Position numbers and translations under genes: made by a program | From: Pavona decussata | Lineage: Eukaryota | Direction: 5' to 3' | DNA: 64,000 bases | Assembly: GCA_977016875.1 (NCBI GenBank) | Contig: CDRNST010000180.1 | Location: 930,001-994,000 of the forward strand | Notes under the pieces: model-generated | Seen by the model: the letters and a program-made list of their open reading frames with translations, nothing else | The model's database searches: none | What the model was told of the DNA's origin: nothing | In this document: positions 53,605 through 64,000 of the stretch, piece by piece | Position numbering within the stretch: the first letter of the stretch is position 1 | Layout: every line of letters starts with the position of its first letter

Positions 53605-55459
53605 GTCCATTCTATAAAAAAATAAATTTAAAAATGGAACAGTACTTCCAGAAAGTACGACTCAGTGACTGCCATCTACATTCTCATACTTTAACACGAG
53701 CCTTGGTCTGGCACAAGCAGTCAGTTATTTCCAAGTAGATACTGAGTTGTAAACATCGCGGAGTCCGTGCGGCACAATATCAAAGAATATTGAAATTTGA
53801 AAGTGATAATCAAATTTGCATCGTGGAAAGGCGCCATAAAGATTTACTCAAAAAAGCAAGAGTTTTTGCACCTGAGTTGCTGTATTTTTTTTTTGTCAAA
53901 TATATTTTTTAATAAGCTTTTTGAAAGGCATCTTTGGCTTTCTTTATTGAGATACCAATTCTACACCGTTTAAATCTTTCTTTCTCACTGGAGCAGCCGT
54001 CCCTTTTATAGTGCAGGTCCTTGTCTGAGGGTTTTAACCACGAAGTCAAAAGACCACCTTGCACAGTACCAGGCTACATTTGAATGGTCACACGGTAGGA
54101 TTGAGCTGGATCATGATTTCAGATCATTTCATACACAAAATAACCAAAATCATCTTTTTCTCCAAGATAAACACCACCACAGGCAAATGAAGGACTTCGT
54201 TGATAGTCTCAAACCAGTTATGCATACAAAAGCACCGACGCGGAGTGACCTGAAAAGCATCTTGCAACCATAACGTGACATAGCTGTTTGTAAATGAGGT
54301 AAATCCTTACCTTCCAGAGGAGGATTGCGGGAAGACTGGTGCCTTCTTGGGAATGGTCAGTAGAATCAGCAGGTCACACTTCTCGAGTGCTTCGTCATAA
54401 GCCTTGCAAAGTACTCGACCCAGATTCTGCGCCTTTCCGTAGAAAATGCCGTTGTAATCTTGGTTCAAATACTCTGCAATCAGCCGGGTGGTTTGACAGG
54501 TTTTCGACGAGTCGTTTGAGTGGCATTTCAGGCCTCGGGAAAAAGCTTCTTGGAGAGTTGTGTCGTGGTACATTTTCGTAGAACAACCGAAACTTGACAG
54601 GACAGTCAAAGCAATTAGAGATAATTCTTAAATTTGTTATTTTGTGGAGGGAAAAGTCCCAAATCGGCTATATCTCAGCGCCGCTAGGTAATGAAGGTTC
54701 GCTCATAAAAAAAACTTCGAGATTTATGTAATAGGCCACTTCCGAGTTGCTGCGAACCTCATTATCAAAGCGAGGCAAAGTGCAAAGTTTTTATTTACAT
54801 GAAAATTAGTTGTCAAGGAAACACTGAGTCACAAGTGTTAAGATCAGTTATGAAATTATAATCTGCCCACTATTCACCGTACGTACGGTACCGGTACGGA
54901 AAAGATGGCGTTTGTACATTTTACCACAATACTTTGTGAACCTAACACAGCTAATAGCACATATTTTTCCCCCCAAATTCGTCAATGTCCCAACAACATT
55001 GCGTATATACGGTATATGCTAGCTTTGAAGTTTTTTTGAAGTTTTCTGTGCGTTTTTATGAGCGTATTTGGGGTTTTCCTACGCCACGAATTATGCGTAA
55101 ATGCACCAGTCCGAGTCACTATCTTTTTCCAAACGGTGGATGGTCAACAAAGACATAAATTAAGCTTATTTTTTCCATAACCAAAAAGGGCTCAATCATC
55201 AAAAATACAACAATTGGAAAGTTGGCCGTAACTGTAAATTCCCTATTTAGAGAGGGAGCACTGGATTCAGCCTTACCAGCGCCTTGGAACATCATTCGAT
55301 AGCCACCAAGCTGACCAACGACTATGTAAATTTGTTTACCTACGATGGAATAGATACAAACAGGTATGTTGAAGTCTGAGAAGTACTGGTAACGGTTGTA
55401 AAGTAGACCGCGCTATCTAGATCTCTATTAAAAACGTCTTTCCTAAAAATAAGTTCAAG

Positions 55460-55714
55460 TTTAATGTCAATAGCGCGGGAAGTGCTTGCGCGATCTCCCG
55501 AGCCAGAGGTTCATGATAAAGTGCTTGACAATAATCCAGATCGAATTGGAATATGGAAATGTTGGTTTTTGAGGAGAAGACCGGTGTACCCGGAGAAAAA
55601 CTTCTCGGAGCAAGGATGAGAACCAACAACAAACTCAACCCACATATGACGCTGAGTCCGGGAATCGAACCCGGGCCAAATTGGCGGGAGGCAAGTGCTC
55701 TCACCACTGTGCCA
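55460..55714 (-). mobile_element. tRNA-derived SINE-like repeat
   Basis: Minus-strand A-box TGGCACAGTGG and B-box GGTTCGATTCC followed by a non-tRNA body. Confidence 0.75.
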
Positions 55715-56594
55715 TAACCTTTAGATACTGTTTACAGTAATTTACTAATCGCTACCGGCGAGAGAGATAATGAGGGTGAACAGTAATTACTGTTGGCCTA
55801 GTTGTTTACATAGCCGGAAAACTACTGCCTTCTCGAAGTACTACAGTGCTACTGTAGTTCAGTGAAACCCCACTCCCGGAGATAAGCACACTCTATTCTA
55901 TGGGGTGATATTCGACTATCTGCTTCTTCGGTGCATAAACACCTTGTGTTAGTTTCTCTGTCTAAACAGTGCATGCCAGCAATTTTTAAGAAACCTACAA
56001 AAGAAAACTAGCTTGGCTTAGAGTAGCCTTGCTATGAACGTGTGTACGTAAGACTTGGTGTGAAATTTGCAACGCCATCATATCTCGCGGTTTATCTAGT
56101 GCAATGCCCTACTGCATTTTAAAATTTAATGCCAGGTCAAGAAAACACGCAGGGTCCATTTTAGAATTTTAAAAAATCCCAGTTCAAGGGCTGAGATTAA
56201 AATCAGTGACTTCCCCCAGCGTTCCCCAGTGTTTAATTAATTGATCAATTACCATCTGAATGCATTGGGATTGAGACTTCCTCGACGACTGCGCCGCACT
56301 CGCTGCCCAGCAGTCTAGCGGCTTCCTTCACCATCTTGTCGACATCAGGTTCAGAGCTCTTCAATCCAAACCCTTCTTTCAAGATTCCTATCTTCATGTT
56401 TTCTATCTTTCCTGTGAGCTGCAAAAGGACAAATTCTAAGTAGATGTTTCCAATGGAATCAAATTATACCTGATGTATCAGGTGTATGGTCGGTGTATTT
56501 GTGTGAAAGTTAACTAAAATTAAAGTACCTGCAATGTTACTCAAGGAGTCCAACATGCAACTAGCAAGCCTCTAATTTTGAGGCATATCATCTA

Positions 56595-56878
56595 CAATCC
56601 TGGCCAAAACTTTCGGGACACTTGACTTTTTTTTACTTAAAAACATGAAAATTCTTTCTCCCCCTTCCTCCTAAACAATGTTGAGAGTCAGGAGTCAGAC
56701 ATGGCTCGAAAATCTTGTACATTTTATCAACTTCAACATTGTTTAGGGGGGGGGGGACGGGATAAATAAGTTTCTAAGATTCTTTTTGGGACCTTAAACT
56801 GTAGGTAGTTGTGTAATTTCACAACAAAACTTGTAAAAAAAAAACGTCAAGTGTCCCAAAACCAATTGGCCAGGATTG
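56595..56878. mobile_element. Tc1/mariner-type MITE
   Basis: TA|CAATCCTGGCCAA..GGGACACTTGAC ... GTCAAGTGTCCC..TTGGCCAGGATTG|TA. Confidence 0.8.
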
Positions 56879-58883
56879 TAGATAAAACATCATGGTTGCT
56901 ACGCGGCTCACACACTTTGTAGTATTTAGATACAACACCCTACTTCACAGCTCATTTTACACCACGAAACGAAAGAGAATATCGAAGAATAGCCAGACTC
57001 TCATATCGATGCTCTCCGCGGAAAGCAGCAACTCACTCCGGCACAATGTAGAGTCAATGGGGCAAATCATAACACAAAAGCATATCCAACTTGAAATGAA
57101 TTTTTCAAAGAAAACTGCTTTCAAAATGTATTTTTAAAAGATAGTGATCTGCAGGCGTAACTGGAAACGAATCAAGTTTTTGTCGTACTTCCTAGTACTA
57201 TTCTAATATGAAAATACGTTGTATAAAATCAGTAAAATAAATTTATCCACAATGTAGAGCAAACAAGAAATCAGTGACGCACCGATGCAGTATACTCTGG
57301 AACTTTCAGGTCACGTGGTTGTCTTGGATCCAGTCCCTCATCATATCCCGCCATAACCTATCGAGACAATTGCATTGGTGTAAAACAATAGAACAATTTC
57401 GTTTCACGCTAACTAAGCATCATGTTTTCACGGGAGCATTGCAAATAGGCCATTTCTGAGCTGCTTTCAGCCTCATTATGAAAGCGAGGCATCGGAAAAA
57501 GTCAGTTTTAGTTTGAAAATTAGTTGTTCATATGCAACTGACAACTGAACAAAAAAATTTTTCACATGAAAACCTTCACATTTAGCGTCGCTTTCACAAT
57601 GAGGTTCAAAGCAACTCGGCAATGGTCTATTGCGAAGTACGTTGCGAATCATCGTACCAGAAAGGCCTCCAGACTTAGTCTTTCCTTCGATGAAAGCACT
57701 TAGGTAAACATTTCAACTGTACTAAAGCTCTTGGTCGATCCACTTATAACAAGAGGTAATGAGTTACTAGTTAGACGGAGGACCTGGATATCCCACAAGT
57801 GAAGCTAGTTCAGACCTCAAGCCATGGCGTATGTTATCAAGTAGTAAACTTGTCGTTTCTACATCCCTCCTTCATTCAACATAAAAAGAAGTAACTTCTG
57901 GTCTAACATCTTACCTCCAGCATCAAAGCTGTATCGTAAACTGTCCTCGCCATAGGTCCCGTATGATCCAGAGTGAACTCTACTGGCATAATGCCCGTAT
58001 ATGGCACCAATCCGTACGTGGGTTTCAATCCCACAATGCCACACGCCGCGGCAGGAATCCTTATAGAGCCTCCTTGGTCTCCGCCAGTTGCCATGTCAAC
58101 GTGTCCTCCAGCCACCTTCACATGGAATACAGAGATATATATTATACAGTATCTGTGTTCATTGATAATTCAATTAAAAGGCACTGGGGTCATCCAAAAA
58201 TTTGGCACGAACAACGCACATGCCATCACGAAAAAACGCGTTGAGACATGACGGATCTTTTGCAGAGATATTTGACACCGCTAAGCTAAGACACTGGAGT
58301 AGCTTGGGCAAGAAAACTAGACACCACGAGCTGCATTGATGACACTAATCTATCAGTTAGCTATTGTTCTTTCATAATCTATAAAATATTAATTCCAATC
58401 AACTTGAAACTTTCATGTATAACGGACCTACAACGTATTTCTCATTTCGTTATTGTGGCTCTCTAGGAAGGCTTGTTTTCCAACCCGAAAATCAGCGATT
58501 GCTATACATATCTTTTCACTGTGTTTTCGTCTTTCTTTTACTGCCGTAAGGATCAGTCTTGCCGTATATGATTTATTATAGCGTGCTTCCCTCACCAAAG
58601 CTGCAGATCCCGAAGAAGATCCTCCAGCCATCCTTGTTTTATTGTGTGGATTCACTGTAAGACCCGTAGCAGCAGTAAAGCTTCCTCCGCTGACGCACAA
58701 ATTCTCACAGACAGCCTTACCTACTATGTGCCCACCAGCGTCCAATATCCGGGACACTACTGTGGCGTCAACATCCGGGACAAACCCCTCCATAATGAGG
58801 GAGGCATTCATCATAGGTACTCCTGCTACACATGTGTTACCTTTGATGGCCCCTGGTTTACCCTGAAGTTTACCGCTTGATGC

Positions 58884-59836
58884 TCCAATTGGCTCCCACC
58901 GATGGAGCCACAAAAAACACCAACGTACAACAACAACTTAAGCACATGTTCTGCTCGAGTACAGCAAAACACAAAAGCGACCGGGTTTTTACGAAAAATT
59001 CGGTGATTGAATGTAACTCAGCCTTATCAGAAATAATTTTGTCTCAGGAATTTGATGCAAACTTGAAATCACGTACCTTGTGTGTTGCTTTTAGCCATAC
59101 TAGGGCTAGCCTGATACTCAGGTTATACCAGGGCAGAAGTCGACGCTTGATGCAATTGCGTAACGCTCAGACACAAGTTGTGTGACAACCCTATATTCCA
59201 CCTATGGAGAGCGTGACATCGCGTGACTATTAAACACGTGACCCTGTTGTTTTCAGTTCACTCGTTGGGGTGGTGGTCGTTTTCCGTCGTTCTATTCCGC
59301 CAGTTTTATTCGACGGACTGCCGTGATCATTATGGCTGAAGGCACCGAACAAGGTAAGTAATTGCAACCGTACAGCAAACTGTAAATTCGAAGCGAGCTC
59401 AAGTCAGATTTAGGTTTCGAAACTGGCGATGCTGAAGTCGATTTAAAATGAACTAGACGAACCTTACGAGAATTCGACTTTGTTTTGGTTTTTCAGTCGG
59501 GCACGAAGCTTCCCGCTGGCAGAGCTAGAAAATATCAAAGATTATCTTGTATATGTTTGACCCCCATGTCTGAGAAATTTTCACTTTTGAAACTTATTGT
59601 CAATTCTGTCGATTATCGCAAAACGACCCAAGTTTGACGCCATCAACAGAAAGAGTCCTACAGCCTCAATAGGACATTCGATCGTGTTGAATATGCACGC
59701 CATTTAGGGCTGTTTGTTAGTCTTCTTTACATCAATCGCAGTATCACTGGTTCTCATGAAAAGAAGTTTTAGAAAATGTAATGTTTAATGTGATATAGCA
59801 CTCTGCCTTGTAACATGGGGTGATTACTTGTGATGG
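58884..59836 (+). repeat. Inverted copy of amidase promoter, exon 1 (59332-59353, MAEGTEQ) and part of intron 1
   Basis: Reverse-complement homology to ~50730-51603; donor G|GTAAGT intact; homology ends where a CAGGCCCGTAGC G-rich element begins at 59837. Confidence 0.9.
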
Positions 59837-60076
59837 CAGGCCCGTAGCAGGGGGAGGGGCAGGGGGGGCTTGAGCCCCCCCAGAATTTTTGGAAGTTAAA
59901 AAACGATGTGCCAAAAATGGTAATTAAAGCAGATTAATCTGCACTGATCAATCAGTCTTGAACTCTTGTCGGAAATCGATTCCATGCAATAAAAGGCTTT
60001 CAGAATCGGTCGTACTTAATTACCTACTTGTCAAACTAAATCACTTGATAAGATCAAAGAATGAAATAATTAAATA

Positions 60077-63000
60077 TGTTAAGTGAAGATTAGGTTTCTC
60101 TATGGACTGGAGAGAGTGAACGCATTGAAAACATTGAACATTGTGACCAGGGACCAGGGACTTGAAATAAAACGTCTTCTATGCTGAGAATTGTCGTGGA
60201 TTTCTGAGGCCACGCGGAGGCGTTCGCGACAAATTGGCACCTCCGACGGGACACACGCAACACTGGGACGAGAACAGAAGTAATTCTACTGCAGTAATTT
60301 CGAAACTGTGACGGCAAACATGGAAGAGGTCGAGGGAGCATTGGAGACAAAGCCTACACAATTGAAGTTTTCAAGGGAACGAACAGAGAAAATCATCCAA
60401 AGCGGGAAATGGGACAGAGTAGAGAGACATCAAAATGCGTTAAAGGAATTGGCAGGCGAAGCCGATCAGTTGAAAAGAAAACTAGAAGAGATGAAGATCG
60501 CTGCAAAAGAAAATGTGGACCATGTGAAGAAATGGAGCGACGAAATTGAAACCAGGATCGATGAGGCAGAAGAAGATGTTACGCGCCTACGAGAATGGGC
60601 TGAAACAATGAAGAAAGAAGAGAGTCAGAAGCTCCGAGACGAAGAGCTAAAGTACGAACAGAAGCTTTTCGAAACACGCCTACAATTTCAAAGCGAGTTA
60701 AAAGAGGCCGGGAAGTTGCAACAAGCGCAAGGGAGTGGTTCAGGGAGTGGTACTGGTGATGTTGTGGCTGGGTTGCAAGCGAAGTTACCAAAATTAGTTA
60801 TCACTAAATTCAACGGCACTTTCCAAGATTGGCCACGATTCTGGGGACAATTCTGTGAGGCAATCGATAAATCGAGTATCGCTGGTGTAACCAAGTTTTC
60901 GTATTTGAGAGAGCTGTTGGCTCCGAAAGTTAGAGCGTCCATTGAAGCCCTTCCATTTACACCTGAAGGATATCTTCGCGCCCTAAGCATCTTAAAGGAT
61001 AAGTATGGCAAGGAATCAGAAATCGTGAAAGCATACAACAAGGAAATTTTAGAGCTGCCAGTCATTTCTGGAGTGAATGTCAAAAAGATCCACGAATTCT
61101 ACGAGCGCTTGACATATTGTGTGCAATCTTTGGAAACAATGGGCAAACTAGACAAGGTCAACGGAAATGTATCGATGACACTGGATAAATTACCGGGAAT
61201 TAGAGGCGATATCGTACGTACGGATGACTCCTGGGAAAGTTGGGATTTTGTGAAGCTGTGCGAAGCCTTGAAACTGTGGACAAGACGCAACCCAATCGAG
61301 TTTACTAACGCGGCCGAGAGAGCAGATCCGTTCCCTCGTCGACGGGAGAGATCTGACAAGCTCTTCAACGTCAGACATCAAGAGCCGAAACCACGTACAT
61401 GTGTTTATTGTGATAACACATCGCATTTTTCCTGGGAGTGCCCAAAGATAACAACGTTCGATGAAAGGAAGCGATTTTTGGCTCAACATCGCCTTTGTTT
61501 TAATTGTGCACGCAGCGGTCATCCAGCCTCCAGATGCGAAAGCAAAGCTTCATGTCAGCGATGTGGTCGTCGACATCACACCTCTGTTTGTGACCGTGAA
61601 CGTGACGAATCGGGGCCACGACAAGAAGTCGTATTGACTACCTCAGAGAAAGGAGATGGCATTTTCCCTGTTGTGAATGTGAAGGTCAATGGTATTGAGT
61701 GTCGTGCGTTGATTGACACCGGAGCGGGAAGTTCTTACGCTTCTGCGAAATTAATTGAACTTCTCAAGATAAACCCCGTTGATGTGAAAGTTAAACAAGT
61801 AGACATGCTAATGGGAACATCATTAGCCCGCCTTGAAACCTATCAATCCTGTGTTGAATCAGTTTGTGGAAACTTCAAAATGGATGTGAAGTTAATTAAA
61901 GTGAACAAAGGAGAACTGTTGACATTAGACAACCCTAACTATGACGCTGTGATTGTCAAGTACCCACACTTAAAGGGAGTGAGAATGCGTGACCGTGACA
62001 CCAAACCACAACTTCCAGTGCACATAGTACTTGGGGCCGGGGAATACGCAAGAATCAAGACAGAAAATCGACCGCACATCGGGAAAGACGGTGAACCAAT
62101 TGCTGAGCTTACCAAACTTGGTTGGTTTGTTATGTCTCCTGGACAGGAGTTCGACCGAAATGCGATGATGCTAACTCAAACTAGCCAGCTGGAGTATGAA
62201 GAACTGTGCAGACTCGATGTGTTAGGGCTGGCTGACACCTTTCTCAATGACCAGCAAGCTGTGTACGGTGAATTCAAGGAGCAATTAGTCAGGACCGAGG
62301 ATGGCTGGTACGAGACCGGACTGCCCTGGAAGGAGAACCACCCACCTCTGCCTTCAAATGAACGGGGGAGCCTGCAGCGGCTACGCAACTTAACACGTAA
62401 GTTGCGGCGTACCGGGAAAACTGAAGAATACGAAACCATCATTGTAGAACAAAGGGAGCAGGGCGTGGTCGAGGTTGCAGATAAGCCAGCTGAAGGGATC
62501 GAATTCTACATACCCCACAAGCCAGTGGTGAGAGAGGATGCTGAATCTACCAAAACGCGCATTGTACATGATGCATCAGCACGGGAACACCCATCAGCCC
62601 CATCCTTGAATGAGTGTCTCAACCCTGGCCCTCCGCTGCAGAACAAGCTTTGGGATGTGCTCGTTCGTCAGCGGTCTTACCCAGTTGCAGTGACAGGCGA
62701 CTTGAAGAAAGCATTTCTGCAAGTGCGCATCAAAGCATCAGACAGGGATGCACTTAGATTTCACTGGAGGAAAGATGAACACTCTAAGCTTGAAACACTG
62801 AGATTCACAAGAGCGTTGTTCGGGCTGACGTCTTCGCCCTTCCTGCTTGGGGGAGTTATAGAGTGTCATCTAGAGACATGGGAAACGAGAGCGCCAGAGG
62901 TGGTGACGGAGCTGCGAAAGAACTTGTACGTGGATGACTTGCTGTCGGGAGGAGTGACTGTGGGGGAAGCACAGTACCGCAAGGAGCATGCCATCGAAAT

Positions 63001-64000
63001 ATTCGAGGACGCAAGTTTTACTTTACACAAGTGGCATGCTAACGTCCCGATGCTGGAGGGAGGTATCGAAAGCAAAGATAGTGATTTGTCTTTCGCCAAA
63101 CATCAACTTCAACACCCACAAGAAGCTAGGGCCAGCCTACTAGGACTAGGATGGGACAAAGACAAGGATGAGTTGAGCGTCAAATTTCCCACTGAACAAG
63201 TCCAACCGACCAAGAGAGGGATACTAAGCAAGCTTGCCAAGGTGTATGACCCCCTGGGACTGGTCTCACCTGTGACCCTTGAAGGAAAAATGATCTTTAG
63301 AGATGTGTGTGATGCAACTAAAGCATGGGACGTGAAACTCGAAGAACCACTACTACAGAGATGGAAGAAATGGGAGCAGTCTCTGCCTCTAGAGCAGTTG
63401 TTGCCAAGGGCAATCACCAGCTACCAAGAACCCTTGCAAGATGTCGAACTACATAGCTTCGGTGACGGCAGCAAACAAGGAGTGGGAGCCGCAGTGTACG
63501 CAGTTGTGCGACAACAGTCGGGAACAACACAACGCCTGCTAGCCGCTAAAGCGCGTCTAGCAAAAGAAGGACTATCCATACCCCGTATTGAGCTGATTGG
63601 GGGCCACATGGCGGCTAACTTAGTCACAAACGTGAAGAATGCTTTGGAGGGTCTACCAATTTCGAACGTGTATGGCTGGCTTGACAGTACTGTGACCCTT
63701 CACTGGATACGAGGAGGGGGAGAATATAAGCAGTTTGTTGCCAACCGCGTGAACAAAATTAACCAGCACCCCGAAATCCAGTGGAGGCATGTGTCAACGA
63801 GGGAAAATCCAGCTGACCTGGCAAGTAGAGGAGGGGAAACGACTGAACTGTGGTGGAGTGGACCGAAGTGGCTGGCTAATCGAGAGCACTGGCCACCTAA
63901 CCCTGTGACTTCAGCTTCGCCAGCGACAGAGGTTGAAGCTAAAACTATCCGAGAAGTGCTAACAGTGACGCAGACGAAGGCTGCCAGTGATGGATTGGAC
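60077..64000 (+). mobile_element. BEL/Pao LTR retrotransposon (putative 5' LTR 60077-60231, putative PBS from 60235), truncated by the window edge
   Basis: TGT...ACA 155-bp segment containing AATAAA, followed by TGGCACCTCCGACGGGA, then the gag-pol ORF. The 3' LTR is not visible. Confidence 0.9.
60320..64000 (+). CDS. BEL/Pao Gag-Pol polyprotein (open to window end)
   Basis: Same frame: KLPKLVITKFNG..DWPRFW (DUF1759-type gag), three zinc knuckles CVYC..H..C / CFNC..H..C / CQRC..HH..C, protease ALIDTGAG, RT LYVDDLL, RNase H HSFGDGS, IPRIEL, WLDS, NPADLASRG. Missing from the ORF track, consistent with no stop before the edge. Confidence 0.93.
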   Translation, partial: MEEVEGALETKPTQLKFSRERTEKIIQSGKWDRVERHQNALKELAGEADQLKRKLEEMKIAAKENVDHVKKWSDEIETRIDEAEEDVTRLREWAETMKKEESQKLRDEELKYEQKLFETRLQFQSELKEAGKLQQAQGSGSGSGTGDVVAGLQAKLPKLVITKFNGTFQDWPRFWGQFCEAIDKSSIAGVTKFSYLRELLAPKVRASIEALPFTPEGYLRALSILKDKYGKESEIVKAYNKEILELPVISGVNVKKIHEFYERLTYCVQSLETMGKLDKVNGNVSMTLDKLPGIRGDIVRTDDSWESWDFVKLCEALKLWTRRNPIEFTNAAERADPFPRRRERSDKLFNVRHQEPKPRTCVYCDNTSHFSWECPKITTFDERKRFLAQHRLCFNCARSGHPASRCESKASCQRCGRRHHTSVCDRERDESGPRQEVVLTTSEKGDGIFPVVNVKVNGIECRALIDTGAGSSYASAKLIELLKINPVDVKVKQVDMLMGTSLARLETYQSCVESVCGNFKMDVKLIKVNKGELLTLDNPNYDAVIVKYPHLKGVRMRDRDTKPQLPVHIVLGAGEYARIKTENRPHIGKDGEPIAELTKLGWFVMSPGQEFDRNAMMLTQTSQLEYEELCRLDVLGLADTFLNDQQAVYGEFKEQLVRTEDGWYETGLPWKENHPPLPSNERGSLQRLRNLTRKLRRTGKTEEYETIIVEQREQGVVEVADKPAEGIEFYIPHKPVVREDAESTKTRIVHDASAREHPSAPSLNECLNPGPPLQNKLWDVLVRQRSYPVAVTGDLKKAFLQVRIKASDRDALRFHWRKDEHSKLETLRFTRALFGLTSSPFLLGGVIECHLETWETRAPEVVTELRKNLYVDDLLSGGVTVGEAQYRKEHAIEIFEDASFTLHKWHANVPMLEGGIESKDSDLSFAKHQLQHPQEARASLLGLGWDKDKDELSVKFPTEQVQPTKRGILSKLAKVYDPLGLVSPVTLEGKMIFRDVCDATKAWDVKLEEPLLQRWKKWEQSLPLEQLLPRAITSYQEPLQDVELHSFGDGSKQGVGAAVYAVVRQQSGTTQRLLAAKARLAKEGLSIPRIELIGGHMAANLVTNVKNALEGLPISNVYGWLDSTVTLHWIRGGGEYKQFVANRVNKINQHPEIQWRHVSTRENPADLASRGGETTELWWSGPKWLANREHWPPNPVTSASPATEVEAKTIREVLTVTQTKAASDGLD

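Larger units (their letters stand above)
53275..58886 (-). pseudogene. Amidase copy B, exons 4-10, 5'-truncated
   Basis: Exons homologous to A at ~58886-58595, 58116-57916, 57356-57282, 56419-56253, 55338-55276, 54593-54310, 53468-53275; exon 4 start missing, KDN changed to KGN, exon 9 acceptor AG changed to AA, and a frameshifting deletion at the exon 9 end. Confidence 0.85.

Noticed and set aside
36529-55714. tRNA genes at 36529/37122 and 55714
   Set aside because: Only A/B-box heads followed by repeat bodies; SINE-like rather than full cloverleafs.
60579-63627. Minus-strand ORFs within the retrotransposon
   Set aside because: Antisense shadows of the plus-strand gag-pol ORF.

Overview
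Eukaryotic, intron-rich, AT-rich animal DNA; gene and repeat content suggests an anthozoan such as a stony coral (inference). Left to right: (1) a tandemly duplicated family of secreted LamG/ConA-like (pentraxin-fold) proteins: the 3' end of one copy, a complete copy with a signal-peptide/coiled-coil exon plus at least six near-identical phase-1 621-nt domain exons (an N gap lies in the array), and a third copy that lost exon 1; (2) a decayed AcademH-like DNA transposon with 9-bp TSD and RecQ-helicase remnants, plus several small elements with 8-10-bp TSDs; (3) a Penelope-like fragment with a minimal hammerhead motif; (4) an EAF (ELL-associated factor) gene on the minus strand whose last intron hosts an intronless, opposite-strand DEDDy 3'-5' exonuclease with a C-terminal hydrophobic anchor; (5) GTDC1/QTMAN head-to-head with EAF; (6) an amidase-signature cluster with one intact 10-exon gene and broken, partly inverted paralogs; (7) an apparently intact BEL/Pao LTR retrotransposon running off the right edge. 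Exon coordinates were derived by hand from GT-AG sites and reading frame; no database searches were run.
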